From positions 3,481,308 to 3,545,307 of the forward strand of contig MU061578.1 of assembly GCA_013265495.1 (NCBI GenBank): DNA of 64,000 bases, given 5' to 3'. A program made the translations under genes and the position numbers. Below the pieces are notes generated by a model. It made no database searches and had not been told where the DNA came from. It saw nothing but the letters and a program-made list of their open reading frames with translations. The first letter of the stretch is position 1, and each line of letters opens with the position of its first letter. Source of the DNA: Vicugna vicugna. Its lineage: Eukaryota. Positions 1-12,926 of this stretch are shown one piece after another.

Positions 1-3000
1 CCTGCTGCAGAAGCTCCTTGCCAGGCCTGTCGGGAGCCTTGAGCTGGCCTCCGCCATTCAAGCAGCCTGTGGCAGAGAAGGACAGGCAAGAGTATGGTCA
101 TGGGAAGGGCATCGTCACCTGGCGGTCCCAGAGGGCCCCACCCTGTCTGCGCACCTGCGGGGCAGGCCATGACCTCCACGTAGTGGTATGGGCAGCGCCC
201 CCTCTTGAGTTTCTGCACCAGGTTCTGGATGTTGCGGAAGCCATAGGCCACAGCAAAGTGCAGCAGGACCTGACCCTCCCTCTCCAGAGTCACTTCCTGC
301 AGGTCCTTGTTCCTGGGGGAGCACAGACCCGGTTGTCCACACAGTGTGCCCAGTCCCTCCTGGGTGGGGACAGTGACAGAGGAGGGTAGAAAACTCACTT
401 CCACGAGCTGGGCAGGTGACCTTACACCCAGCCTTGGTTTCCTGGTCTGACATGGAGGCCCCAGCCCTCCCACCGAGGACATGGGGACACACCCTGTGCC
501 AGGAACACTGTCCTGCCACCACGGGCTACTCAGGGCCCTGGACCACCATGCTGTGGGTAAGGACATCGACTCCTACGATGAGGAGACTGAGGACTAGAGA
601 CTTTGGCCCTTTCATGTGAGCTTCCTGGTGCCCCAAGGTCCATGCCAAGCCCACCCTGATATCCTCCTCCATGCCTACTGCAGTGAGGGGACCTGGAGCT
701 CCAGCTGCCCCATTCCCCAAGCTCCAGCTTTTGCCACTGACCTCAGGGGTCTGTAGGTGACCTCAGTCACGTGGATTCCAAAGAGCTCCTGGGCTGCATG
801 CCGGAACACGTGCTCCAGGTAGCCCCCCGAGCCCCCACCCCGATGGCTGGTGGGCTCCTGGGGGGACACGCTGCTGTACCTGGGGAGGAGGGCATGGCCT
901 CAGGTGGTACTGGGGCTGCTGTCTGCTGAGGCTTCTGGGTAACCTCTGTCTCTCAGGTTTGAGAGCATTTGCTAAGTGGAAAATGAGTCATGGACCACAG
1001 GGGCTTTGTGGCCCTGTCAGGAGGCAGCTCATGGGGAAAGGCCTGTCCCCTCCATCATGTCACCTGTTCTGGGGAGCTGAGACCTGTATGAAGTTGGGGT
1101 CAGCTCTGATGACTATCAGCCAATTGTCCACAGGCCTGTCTCATGAACTCAACTGTCTCTGTGGACACCAAGACATACCACGGGGCAGAAGCAAAACCAA
1201 TCAGAAAGGAGCCATGGCAGAGAAGGCAGGAAGGGACAGTGCCTAGCCCCACATTGTCACATCTCCTGCCCACCAGGACACCCATGACCCTAACATCTTG
1301 AGCACCCTGATGCTGGAAATACTTCCTGCCCCTCCACCGTGACAGGTGGTAACTTACAGACTGTCCAGGGGAGCTGGCTCCAGGTCTGACAGTGAGACTC
1401 CTTCTTCTTCCAGCAGCTTCAAAACTTCTCCTGTGATGAAACCACAGAACACGCTCTTCAGCTGAATCTCAAGGAAAACAAGAGTCAGTTCAAGAACACC
1501 CACATCACCTGCATCCACAGCAATCTGTGACCTGGACACAGAGGCCACGTGTCCACCCCTGGCTCGTGGGTAGAGGGTGAACCCAGCCACAGAGGCAGGG
1601 TGGATGCACCGTCCCCAGGGCGCCTCACAGTGCACCTGGAGGTGGGCAGGGCACTGTGTCCCTGGAGGGCAACCATCCCTCAAGCTATCTGGCTGCCGGA
1701 AGGGTGTTCATTTCTCTGCCTTTTAAGCACTTGAGAGCCTGTGAGGCTGCTCAACTCAGAGATGGGGTGACCGACGTGAGCCAGAGGAGCTGTGCCAGGG
1801 CCTGCGCTGGGGACACAGCACCAGCTGGGCTCAGGGATCTGCACCTGTTGTGATGACACAATCCACATCGCGCGACTGGTGTTCCTGGCTGAAAAAGTCG
1901 GGTCTGGAAGCTTCCAGCTTTTTGTCGTAGCAGGGCATCACCGTCACGTGGTAGATCTTGTCGGGGGTCAAACGCTGCATGGAGAAACGTGACTGTGGAG
2001 CAGCTGCCCAACCCAGGCAGCAAAGAGGCCAGGCTGAGGCAGGGGTGACGGCACAGGCACAGCAGGGAACACAGTTTGGCGTGTGGGTCCATGAACTCAC
2101 TTTTAAGGAAACAACACAGACTCTCAACAGCAGCAGGGTTCCCGTTACCTGTTGCTGGGCGAAGAAGTCCTTGACCAGGGAGCCCATGACCTGCTGCGGG
2201 GACCGGGCAGTGCTAATGTAAGGGAGGAGGAAGCTCCCATGGGTCTTCTCGGCGTAGCAGATCCAGCCTGAGGCCGACATGGGGAGCACATGGGGCTGTG
2301 ACGTGAAGGTTCTGGGGGTAGACACACTTGCACAAGGAGTCAGGGTCCCCGAGGAATGGCCCCACTCTGCTGTCCCTGTCACATCTCTAGCATCCCTGCA
2401 ATCACCCCTCAGGGAACTGAAGTGACTACAGGTGACTCTCGGGCTCCTCCCACCCCCCCAGCACTCCCGTCGCCCACATCCAGGTGTCAACATCCTGTCC
2501 CCAGTGCGCACACACCTGGGCAGGCGGAAGTCAGCACAGGCAAGGCCTGCTTGGAGTCCGCCTGTTCTCGGAATCGCTGCACAAACTCTCGCTGGCTCTC
2601 AAGGAGACTGAAGTTCCGTGAGAAGGCGGTATCAAACACGTAGTGTGCCCCTGGAAGGAGAGCACCACCTCACCTCTAAGAAGGACACCCGGAGTGTGAG
2701 GTGCTGCCAACCATGCCCCCCAGGAGTGTCACAGGACCCGCTGGCATTGTGGCCAGCCTGGATTCCTTGGGGCTCACCTCCTCTGAGCTCAGTGGCCACC
2801 AGGACCAGGCCATACCCTACACGGTGTCCAGGACAGCAGCCTATGCCACAGCCTCCCCACACTCTCCCAGCCAGCTCCCGGCATAAAGAGGTCAACCAAC
2901 CTTTATTTTTTTCTGAGCCAGAACCCAGCTCAGACCTGGGAAATGCTCCTTGATGGTGATAATTTTTAAAAAACACAAGGAGGGAGTGAATTCCAGACTC

Positions 3001-6000
3001 GCAAAAGTGCAACATCAGAATTCAGACGGTTTTCTCTTAAAAGGCACTGCTCTCAATCATCAAAACTTTAAGCTAAAGTCAACTTTAAATAGGGTTTCTG
3101 ATACGTTTAGGTCCAAAGACCAGAGGTGTGAAGACCGCCCCCTGAGCCTTGTGTCCAAGCTGGAGTGCTCCCCAAGGTTCAGCACCCACCTATTTTTTTA
3201 AAGAATGCAGTTAATTTCCTGGCAGTGTCTGTAGGATTTAGCTGGAATCTCGCAGCCAATGATGCTCTGGACTGGGGTGAGACCGAGATGACAACCAGCC
3301 TCTGGTGACCAGGTGCCGCTATCTGCAAAGCAAGGGACATGCCACTCACTCTGTGTGTTTTACAGACTCCCAGTGGGCCAGGGCTAGCAAGACCAGACCC
3401 TAACTCAATCAAGGCATGTCATTTTTGTGTACACAGAGAACCTAACATTTAGGGCTAGCACCTCAACAATGGAATACTGACCAGTAATTCACTGAGATCC
3501 CACTGATGAGACTTAAAGATGCCAAGAGTCACCAGGAGATGAGCTGCTCAGACAACACGAGCAAGCGAGGCTGGGGCTGATGTCGGGTTATAGTAGAGTC
3601 CTGAGGACCACCTACCGCTTACCTCATTAGCACCTAGAACCTTCCGCAGCTCCTCGTGGCTCTGCTGAGTGATGAGCACGGTCTCTGCCGAGGTGACACA
3701 GCCACTACATGCCAGGCAGTCATCCAACGAGATCTTGGCCTTCTCCAGCCTCCTAGTCCCTCCGTCCTGGAAGCAAGAGAACTCGGTATACCAAGGGCCC
3801 TGCTGCATGAAGACATGAAGCGGTGGAGCTCAGGGTAACGGAACCCACAGGAAACCTTCATTCTCTGGCTCACAACACAGCAGCTGAATGGCTTTATGTG
3901 CCCACTAAAATTTTAGAAATTAAATATTTATTACAGAAATATTTATATACATTCTAGATTTTCATAGTAGCACCAAATTCTAACTTTGGTACAAACTTGG
4001 CTGGCATGTCAGAATCACACTAAGGAGGCCTCAAGCATTAAATCTACAGAGAAGCAGCTGGCTGGTCACAGAGGTCTTGGAGGGTCGTTGGTCCCCAGGC
4101 TGTACTCATGGGGCTGTGGAGACAGGAAAATGCCAAAGGCCAGGCTCTAAGAGGAGGAGGAGAAAGGCCAGGGTGGAGATGAAGGAAGAAAGGACACAAT
4201 GACGAGGAGGGGGCAAAGACAGGAGATGGTGGGAGCTTGTGCCCTGCTGGGCTGTGACCGCCAAATGTTGGCACTTGGAGGAGTGTGGAGTGCAAGAGGG
4301 ACACGAGGGGCACTCACATCAGACTCAGCCAGACAGTTCCAGTACTTGGTGTTCAAGGCCTCCAGGCTGACATGCAGCAACTCTTCTTACATGCAAGTGA
4401 TCCCAGCAAAACCCCTTTACTCCCGCTTCACACGCAGGAAAGATCTGAGCCAGGGCCAGGTGAGCTTCAGGGGCCCAGAATGTGACCTAAGGGCTGAAGG
4501 AGACTAGAACTCCCTTCCAGCCCAGCTCACTAGGCCTCACTATGCACCTAAGCCACAACTTGAGTTCAATGCCTTTTCCCAATTGGATGGGCCTGAAGGG
4601 CCAGACTGTGACGCTGTGCTGAGCAGGAGGCTGGTGTGCTTCTGACTTCTCTCCAGATCAACCACTGCTGCCCTGAAGCAGGGCTCACTGGCACTCTCAC
4701 CTACCCTGGGTCCCTGTGCTGTGCCAGGATTGGGTGGGACCCATGGTGTGCTGCTGGGTCACCCTCCTGGACTAAGTAGACAGTGGCTCTTTCCCCATGA
4801 CCTTGGGATCCCACTGTCTGGCCCCACCATGAGCCATCCTGTGGCTCTTCCCTGCTTGGGAGGGGTCCCTGGGCCGGTGAGCCTGGTGCCTGTGGTCCAT
4901 GTGATGGCAATGGATGTTCTTGAGAATTCAGATGGCTAAGAGTTGGGGTAAATTTTAGCACTGATAGATTAGGATCTTATCATTGTTAAATCACACAGGA
5001 AGTAGGTATTCATTAAGAACAAGTGACCTGGACTAGAAAATCTCACACAATTAGAATTCAGAAAGAGAGGGAGAGAAACATGGGAACTGCCATCTCTGCT
5101 CCATGTTCAGCCTCTGTTCTCCTTCCCCACCATCCCTGAGGGTTCCAATCTCTCCCAGCCTCCCTGGCAGTCAATGAATTTGACTAGTGAGAAAAGACTG
5201 GTGAGAGGTGGAGGGTCCCATGGTCACTGCACTTGTCATCAGATGGAGCAACAAAATGTGTTTCAATCACCTGAGCTGGAACTCACCTGACTGACTTGGA
5301 AGTAACTCCCATCATCCTCGATGTGGATCTTGGCCATGCCACTTCCTGGCCTCTTATCCACTTTCATGGGCTTGATGCAGTCCTACACCAGTAAGAGATC
5401 GCAAACGGGGACCTGAGTGTGCAAAGGTTCCAGAGGAAGAGGGGCAGCCTGATGGCCACACCACTGCTGCGGGGGACAAAGGCTCTGCCCCGATTCCTGT
5501 CTTCCTGCAGCAGAAGCAGTCTTGGCAGTGTGGCTACTTACCCTACTTACATTCACACCCCACCTACACTAAGGGTCACTCTGCAGGTCACAGTCAGATG
5601 GAGGCAGCGCTAAGTGGGTCTGCACGCCAACCTGTCTGCAGACAGCCAACTCCGACCCTTCACCCTTCCTCAGTGTCAACAGGTGGCATGGCACTGCACA
5701 GAGGACCAGTGGCCAGTGTTTCACTGGCTACTGAGAGGAAGCCAAGGGGTCAGAAGGAAAGTTTTGCTTGGAGGTCACCTCCCAGCCCAGTTCCTGGAAG
5801 AAAGTTCCTTTCTCTCCCTACCTCCTTAAGTTCCCGCTGTCTCTCTCAGCACTTGGAGAACCTCCCTGGCCATCGCATTCCCAAAGACGACCAGCCCCAG
5901 GAAGCCTTGGCGGGAGGCCTGTCTTCTCCCTGCTGCGATGCTCTGGTGCGGTGCTCCAGCTCCGCCCCCTCCTTCTGGGACTCCTTAACTATGGCCCTCA

Positions 6001-6468
6001 GAGCCCTGGTTCTGGATGGCTGGTAGCAATCGATAAGCAGGTACACCAGATAAAGGCGGCAACCTTTCAAGTGCAGCTATCCCGTTCCCTTTAAGAGTAC
6101 GCTCTGCTTTACTCCTCGAAGGCGACACCGACGACACCTCCCTTGCCCTCGCAGCTGGGTGGGGCCGTCCCATCCTGCTCACACGCAAGAAGCCGGCCAG
6201 AGAAGCCTGGTAGGGTCTCCCCGGCCCCACTCCTGAGTTCGCCACCCCAGCTAGGTGACTCCTGTTGCCATGCCCGCCATGGAAGCGGACGCGGTCGCCC
6301 CGGGGCTGCGCGGCCCAACAGCCCGGCTTCCGAGCCCCTCTCTCAGGGGAGACACTGCGGTGGGGGACCTCCCCGCGCACGACCGCCGCCCGGCCCGCCC
6401 ACCTGAGATGGCGCGATGAAGTCGTCGAGGTCCGTCAGCTGCAGCGCCCCGCTGAAGGGCGACGCCAT
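1..6468 (-). CDS. CIAO3: Cytosolic iron-sulfur assembly component 3 (NARFL/IOP1), hydrogenase-like; 3' end truncated by the window edge
   Basis: Coding exons (minus): 6403-6468, 5287-5382, 3623-3766, 3190-3322, 2516-2650, 2149-2267, 1845-1974, 1358-1430, 742-879, 155-312, 1-66 (partial). All GT-AG with continuous phase. Begins [22 protein letters not shown]. Fe-S/hydrogenase-like motifs [25 protein letters not shown] and [14 protein letters not shown] are present. Confidence 0.97.
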
Positions 6469-6760
6469 GGCGCCACACTGCCGCCGACTTCCGCACACAG
6501 GGGTCGCCAAACGTCGCGAAACGGTGAGGTGGTTCCGCCACGCTGCCGGAAAGCGCCAGTGCGGCGCATGCGCATCAGGCCCCGGGGACTGGGTTCCGGT
6601 GCGGCGCGCGTCTCCTGCTGGCGGGCCCGGGAGCCTCTCACTTTCCCCGCCGTAAGGGCGGAGGGGCGGAGGGGCGGCAGGGCGGCGGGAAAGGGAGGCG
6701 CCTCCTGGGCGGTCCCGGGCTCACCTGACGATCAGGTGTGCGGCTCCGGCATCTCCGCTT
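6250..6760 (-). promoter_or_regulatory. CpG-island promoter of CIAO3
   Basis: CpG-dense stretch around the first exon. NRF1-type palindrome GCGCATGCGC at 6564-6573, TCGCGA core near 6515 and ETS-like GGAA motifs. Confidence 0.8.
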
Positions 6761-7749
6761 CGGGAGCTTGCAGAAGTAGTCCCAGGCGCAGCCCAAGAAC
6801 CCAGAAGGGCCCCAGGAACACAGGGGCGCCCAGTTCTGTTGAAGAGGGAAGAAAATGAGAGTGACAGGGATGAGGAAAAGTTCCTCCCAAGGCTGCAACC
6901 TAGTGCAGAGCCCAGAATTCTGGGGGAGGTGGGGAGAGTCTGTGGTTATTTCGGGGACCAGCCTGAGAAAACTTCATTTCCTGTATGATTTCATAACCTG
7001 AGACAGGACTGCTGCCTGCTGGACTCAATTCTCGAGTCATCATATACATTTAATGACCACTTCTTATTGCGGCATTCCAGAAAACTCCAGTGGTGGAGTC
7101 TGGCACATCTCCAGGCCCCACTTCGGCCTAACCCTGAAGGTGCCCTGGTAGGCTCAGCCCCAGAATACTGGCTAGGCACAATCTCACATTCTAGGGGGCC
7201 CATCCCAGCCTATGCTCTTCTTGTGGTTCTTGTCCTCTCCTTGACTCTACCTGGTAACTCTCCACCTGCTTAGGGGTTAACTGTGGGGTTAACTGAGGCC
7301 CACCAGCTGGCACCTGCAGCTGTTCCTCCTGGCTTCCAGGACAGAAACTTCCTTCTCAGCAGCGAGAGGGGCTTTCCCCAGAGGCTGTGTCTGGTGGGCT
7401 TCCAAGCCCAGCACCCCCTATCCTGGCAATATCTGACCAAGGTCTGGGATACAATGCCTGGAATCTCAACGATCTCACTCATTATTAGAACCAGACAAGT
7501 ACAAAAAGAATTTAGTTTCACTGAAATGCCCTGGGGGAGGTTTACAAAATACGTGTGAGAATAGCAAGTGCTGTTGGGATTTGGGGGCAGGATGAGGGTT
7601 GGTTAGGCTGGGGTAGTGGAGAGGGTTTACAGCAGAAGGGGCTCTGGTTGAGGTTGGAGGTTCTTCTAATGCTGGAGGGGGAGAACCTGATGTGTAGATA
7701 TGTAGAGTGGTTTCAGTCTTCGTTTCCCCAGAACCAGTGGAGCAAAGGT

Positions 7750-8330
7750 AGGAGCTAGACAAAAGGTGGAAACAGCCCATGTCCATCAGTAGATGCGGAT
7801 AAAGGAATGTGGTCTATACACATGATGGACTATCATTCAGCTATAGAAGGATGAAGAATGGACACGCTATAATGTAGATGCACCCTGAAGGCACGATGTT
7901 CAGCGAGAGAAGCCAGGCACAAAACACCATTAGTATGTGATTCCACTCCTGTGAAACATGCAGAACAGACAAATCCATAGAGACAGAAAGTAGATTAGAG
8001 GCCACCAGGGCCTTGGGAGGGGGGTTTCAGTTTTGGAAATAGTTGGTGGTGATGTTTGCACAACGTTGTGAATGTAACTAATGCCACTAAAGTGTGCACT
8101 TAGAAATGGTTACAGTGGCAAATTTCAATTTTAATGGAGGTACTGGGGATTGAGCCCAGGACCCCTGCATGCTAAAAATGCATCTGCCACTGAGCTATTA
8201 CTTTCCCTCACCTTGTTACATAATTTGAAAATTAGTAATGTAATATATTAAAAACCATTGAGTTGCACACTTCAAGTGGGCAAATTGAATGGTATGTGAA
8301 TTTATATCTCAATGAAACTATTTAAAAACG
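7750..8330 (+). mobile_element. Old L1 (L1M-type) 3' end fragment interrupted by a SINE
   Basis: Typical L1M 3' phrases: 'aaatccatagagacagaaagtagattag', 'ggtgatgtttgcacaacgttgtgaatgta', 'atggtatgtgaatttatatctcaat'. Confidence 0.8.
8129..8208 (-). mobile_element. tRNA-derived SINE (camelid-type)
   Basis: Reverse complement reads agggaaagtaatagctcagtggcagatgcatttttagcatgcaggggtcctgggctcaatccccagtacctccattaaaa, with pol III A/B boxes. Homologous to copies at 16247, 16824 and 54885. Confidence 0.85.
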
Positions 8331-8508
8331 ACAGGGCTAGAGGCTACCACTCAAGCTGGCCACTTCAAGGTGTCCCTGAGAGGCCCAGGCAGTAAGTACA
8401 CCCTGGTCTGTCCAGTTTCATGCCATTGGCCGAACTGTCCCTGAAGGAGTGCCTGGGTGACTACCAGAGTCAGTTTCTCGTTAAAAAAAAACAGAGCTCT
8501 CACTCGCT

Positions 8509-8685
8509 NNNNNNNNNNNNNNNNNNNNNNNNNNNNNNNNNNNNNNNNNNNNNNNNNNNNNNNNNNNNNNNNNNNNNNNNNNNNNNNNNNNNNNNNNNNN
8601 NNNNNNNNNNNNNNNNNNNNNNNNNNNNNNNNNNNNNNNNNNNNNNNNNNNNNNNNNNNNNNNNNNNNNNNNNNNNNNNNNNNNN
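8509..8685. other. Assembly gap (177 N)
   Basis: Run of N. Confidence 1.
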
Positions 8686-9204
8686 GCCTGCTCTGGGTGG
8701 AGCCAGGATTGGGGACTTTTCAGCCCCTTGAGGGTCTTTTATTAACTCACAGCCATGTCTGTCCCTAGAGACCCTCAGCTCTTATGCCAGCATTGCACCT
8801 TGTCTCTGGTGTGCCTGCTCTCACGGTTTGCAAATTGTTTCATCATCATCATTATCGAGTTTTCACCATGCACTTCCCATGTGCAATACCAGAGTTTACA
8901 CACTTAGGGGAACGCAAGGGCCAGGTGAGGACACAGGGAGGGGCCGGAGCTCCTAAGGCCAGGCAGGTCGGCCTGTACAGCTGTCCTGACGCTGTGGCTG
9001 TGTGTGGGCATCCCTTTCCGTGAACTGGAGCAGGTGCAGAGCTCGGCCTCTGCTTGCTCTGGACATGCCCACAAGATCCACCTCTGGCCAAAGACGACCA
9101 TCTGATCGCTGGATGGGAGCAGCAGGGTTTCCACCAAGGTATGTGGAGCTGCTGACCCCTCCTGCCAGTTGGCCTCAGAATTTCACCCTGCGAGGGACTG
9201 GACC

Positions 9205-9613
9205 TGTGTTAGTGTCCTGCGGCTGCTGGAATGAAGGACCACAACTGGGGGGCTTAAAACAACGGAAATGTATTCTCTCAGTTCTGGAAGCACCAAGTCT
9301 GAAATGAAGGTGTCGGCAGGCCCATGCCTGCTCCAAAGGCTTCAGGGGGCTGCTTCCTGCCTCATCCAGCTTCTGGGGTCTCCAGGCCTTCCTAGGTTTG
9401 GGCTGCATACCTCTAGTCTGCCTCCATTGTCACATGATACCTGTGTGTCTTCTCTCCTATCTTATAAGGACTTGTCATTGGATTTAGGGCCACCCTAATC
9501 CAAGATGATCTCCTCTTGAGATCCTTGACTTAATTGCATCTTTTTCCAAATAAGGTCTGATTCATGGGTTCTGCTGGAAAAACATCTGGGGGTTCACCAT
9601 TCAGCCTGCCACA
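9205..9613 (-). mobile_element. MaLR solo LTR (MLT1-like)
   Basis: Characteristic MLT1 text: 'ggcttaaaacaacggaaatgtattctctcagttctgga', 'cttataaggacttgtcattggatttagggcc', 'ccaaataaggtc'. Confidence 0.85.
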
Positions 9614-9699
9614 GGCCACAGGTCCAAGTGTTTGTGGGACTTCCAGGGGTCAGAGGACAGCTGCCTAACAGAATTGTCTCACCTGGCCATAGACCACCT

Positions 9700-12600
9700 C
9701 CTACATGGGCTAGGTTGGCCCTCAGGGGACAGGTGGGAGGGAGGGACCATCCTTGAGGACTTTGCCACACAGCTGGGGCTGGGCCAGTGGCCATCTTTTC
9801 AAGGCAGACAGCCTGTGTGCAGTGGGAATAAAATGACCCAGGGTGGGCACAATTAGAAGGGATTTTGTCTTTTCCAAAATAAATTAAAAATGTTCCTAAA
9901 CATATAACTTCAAAACACTTAGTGCATCCTCCAATGTTACTGTGTTGTGGGTCAAGGTCCCCCAAGAAATTATAAAGAAGTGGGACTCCGAGTGGCTGGA
10001 ATGTAGGAGCAGGCATGTGCAGCCCATGGAATCAAGGTGCCCGTGATCCACAGGACCCACCAAGACGCCCCCTATCAGGGACGTCCTGCTGTCCCCAGCA
10101 CTGTGGGGTCACCTGCTGAGAGGTGCCTAGCATTGAGTTTAGGGGCCCAGGAGTGGCAGGTGGGAGGAGTGGGGAGACTGCTGGGTTGGCCAGCCCCTGC
10201 CTGCGTGGCCGTGGTTGTGTGGAACAGGGGACTCGTTTCCCAGGGGCCTGCCTCAGAAAACTGTCCAAGTACTAGTTGGCCTCATACCCAGACCTTCTCA
10301 GGCCACCTCCATACCTTTTATAGGCTAGGGAAAATGTTGTTTGTTAGTTTGGATGGTCAACTAGGGTTCTCCTTTTGAGGTGAAGGTCTTCACACTCAGG
10401 GGTTCTGGGTAGATCCCCCAGATCTCTTCTGGTCCTGTGTGCCCCCCCACCCCATCTCAGTGGATGTGGAAACAAAAAGCCTCCAGGTTTGTCCCTGCAG
10501 ACCCTTCCACAGCCCTGTAAGTCTTCTCCAGACTCTGAGCTCTGGGGTGGGGGGACCCCAAATAGGGCAGGTCTGATGTGAGAGTGGGCCCCTGTGCCTC
10601 TTACTCTAGAATCTGAGAGAGAAAGTAGCCTTCTGTAGGCAAATATGCGGGCCTGTTCCCTGGCTGCCTGAGGGGTCCCTACCAAGCCCCTCAGGCTCTC
10701 TGTGAAGCCAGATTGCACCCCTGGGTTGAGCCGTGCTTTATTTGTTGAAGGGAATTACTGTGGACAATGAGCACATCATTAGCAGCATAATCAACACCGG
10801 TGCCTTCCCTCTGGGGCCGCCACATCTTGTCAACAGGTGTGATCCCAGCAACAGCCCTGGGAGGCCTGATGCACATGGCAATTAGTCACTAATGAGAGGC
10901 CTGCTTGACCTGCTCGGCAGGCAGGGCCAGGCTGGGAGAGAAGAGGGCCCAGGGAGAGCCTGGCAGCCCTCCAGTGTCCCCCCTCTGCTCCTGCCTGGTG
11001 GGGCTGCAAGAGGCAGCAGAAAGAGATGGTCACAGAGAGGCCCTGGCCCTGCAGTGGTGACGCTCCGACCTCGGGAGGACAGGTGCACACACATCTGTCC
11101 ACAGGCATGGAAGGTTGGCCCTACCCTGGCCCCAAGAGGACCAAGCAGGTGACCCAGAGGCTTCATCTCTGTGGGGACAGTGGGCCAAGCAGCACCAGCG
11201 GGCAAGCTGAGAGGAGAAGCCCCTCTATTGCCTGACCAGGCTCTGGGCCCAGCAGCTCCATCCTCTGCCACGGGTCCCAGGGAGGACGGCCAGGCCACTG
11301 GTCTGTGCTCTCGGGGGGCAAGCACCGGGCACAAAACTAGCTTGGATGGGGCAACTCCAAGCCATTTGTTAAACCACTGGCCTGTCCTGATGGTAGGTTT
11401 GCAAGTGGTTTGCAAGTGGTTTACGGTGTTGTTAGCCATGGCCCCATTAGAACATCAAGGTCGGGCTTGCTGGCAGCCCCGAGTTGCCTCTGCACCCCAA
11501 CTTTGTACTCAGCTCCCAAGTCATCAAGGAGCCATCTGGAGTATCTGTGGCAGGGGCGTGGGGCTGCCAGGTAGAGTAGGGGACCTCTGCAGGACCCCCA
11601 GTCCCAGGACCTCCCCCAGGCCTGCCTGCCCTATGGTGCTCCACACCCTTCAGATCTGCAGGCTCACCCTGCAGGTCTTGGTAACCTGGCTTCTGGAGAG
11701 GCAGCCCCTCTGCGTGTTGTGGGACCTGTGGGCCCCTAAGTAGTCGCAGGCCCCAACCCTGCACTCACAGCAGGTCTGGGGCTGGTGTACCCTAGGCAGG
11801 GGTTGAGGGGGGCATCCAGAGCTTCTCCACCAGCCTGGCCTGAGAAGATGACAGACCTAGAGATGCCTGACTGCCCACTCGGACCTCCCTGGGGTCAGTT
11901 TTCACAAACATGTCCATCTCTGGCACGCTGGCGACCAACACCCCCACTACGGGGGAACAGGCAACATCACTACTCCTCCGCTGCTACGTCTGACCCCCTT
12001 GTTACTCCCCCCATCTGTAGATCCCCCACCAACCCTGTGTGTGACCCCTGACGCTGTCCTTCCAGTCACCCGTCACCCAGCCCCTACTGCTTGGGACAGG
12101 CCCTTCCCTGCTCAGCCCTCGGCCCCGCCACCTTCTGGAGCACTCCTTGGACCTCCCCAGTGAGGGGAGCTCAGGCAGCCCCCACCCCAGGGGACAGCTC
12201 AGGGGCTGACCTGCACCGTGACTGGAGCCCACTTGGCCATTGGAAGCTCAGCTAGTTTTCTCTGTGATGTTTTTACTGGTTTGTGAAGGTCAGGTCTGAC
12301 CACTGACTGTGGGAGAGTCACCCTGGAAAGTGTGCTTTTGGGACCCAGCAGCCAAACCTGGGGAGCACCCAGCTTGTGAGATCATGGGCTCCCCTCAGGA
12401 GACCCCACCCCAGGCTCCCTGTCCTTCTCCCCTGACAATCTCTGCTCACCCAGCAGGGCCGCCACAGCTGGGAGTCCCCTGTACCTGCTGGAAGAGGAGG
12501 TCTTTCTTGTGCTGGGGGCACCTCCACTCTCAAGGAGGGAGCAGGTGGCCTTGGGGTATGTGGGGGACAGGGAGCCACTCTGCAGAGCAGACCCCGACAG

Positions 12601-12874
12601 GGCCCCCCTCACGTGTGCCCGGGGTGCTGTCCTCCCACTGTTCTGGCCCAGGAGAGCTGCAGCCCCGAATTATCTGAGGTTCTGTCCCATGTCTCCACAT
12701 CTGCCTTGGTTTCCCTTCTGTGGGGGGTGTGGAGGAGGTGACCTAGGACCCCTCCAGGGTCAGCCCTGCCCTCCAACCCTGCCCTCCCCAAGCACCCCGG
12801 GCTCCTCCACACCCCAATCTGGGCCCTTCTCTATTAGGTCACCCTCCCCACAGGCAGCCAAGGCAGTGGGCAGT

Positions 12875-12926
<52 letters not shown>

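Noticed and set aside
4199-6094. ORFs in CIAO3 introns 1-2 (e.g. 4199-4507, 5598-6026, 5846-6070)
   Set aside because: No recognisable homology or consistent exon chain, and the CIAO3 model is complete without them.
10737-10880. Hydrophobic peptide APVLIMLLMMCSLSTVIPFNK* followed by AATAAA, resembling a GPI terminal exon
   Set aside because: STRC-like anchors continue a further 1 kb downstream (SFLRQ, QAV..EKMA), so this is internal decayed sequence. Use as a cryptic poly(A) site is not excluded.
10882-11439. 185-aa ORF as an independent gene
   Set aside because: Only its central part matches STRC-like sequence. The rest is low-complexity GC-rich translation with no separate gene structure.
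11447-12560. First reading of the relic as a second MSLN/MSLNL copy (CPQHKKDLFF~CPQSRKDVLY; MDMFVKTDPREVR~IDTFTSLNPLELQ)
   Set aside because: These short matches are not significant alone, and the many more collinear anchors fit STRC better. They probably reflect the shared superfamily repeat.
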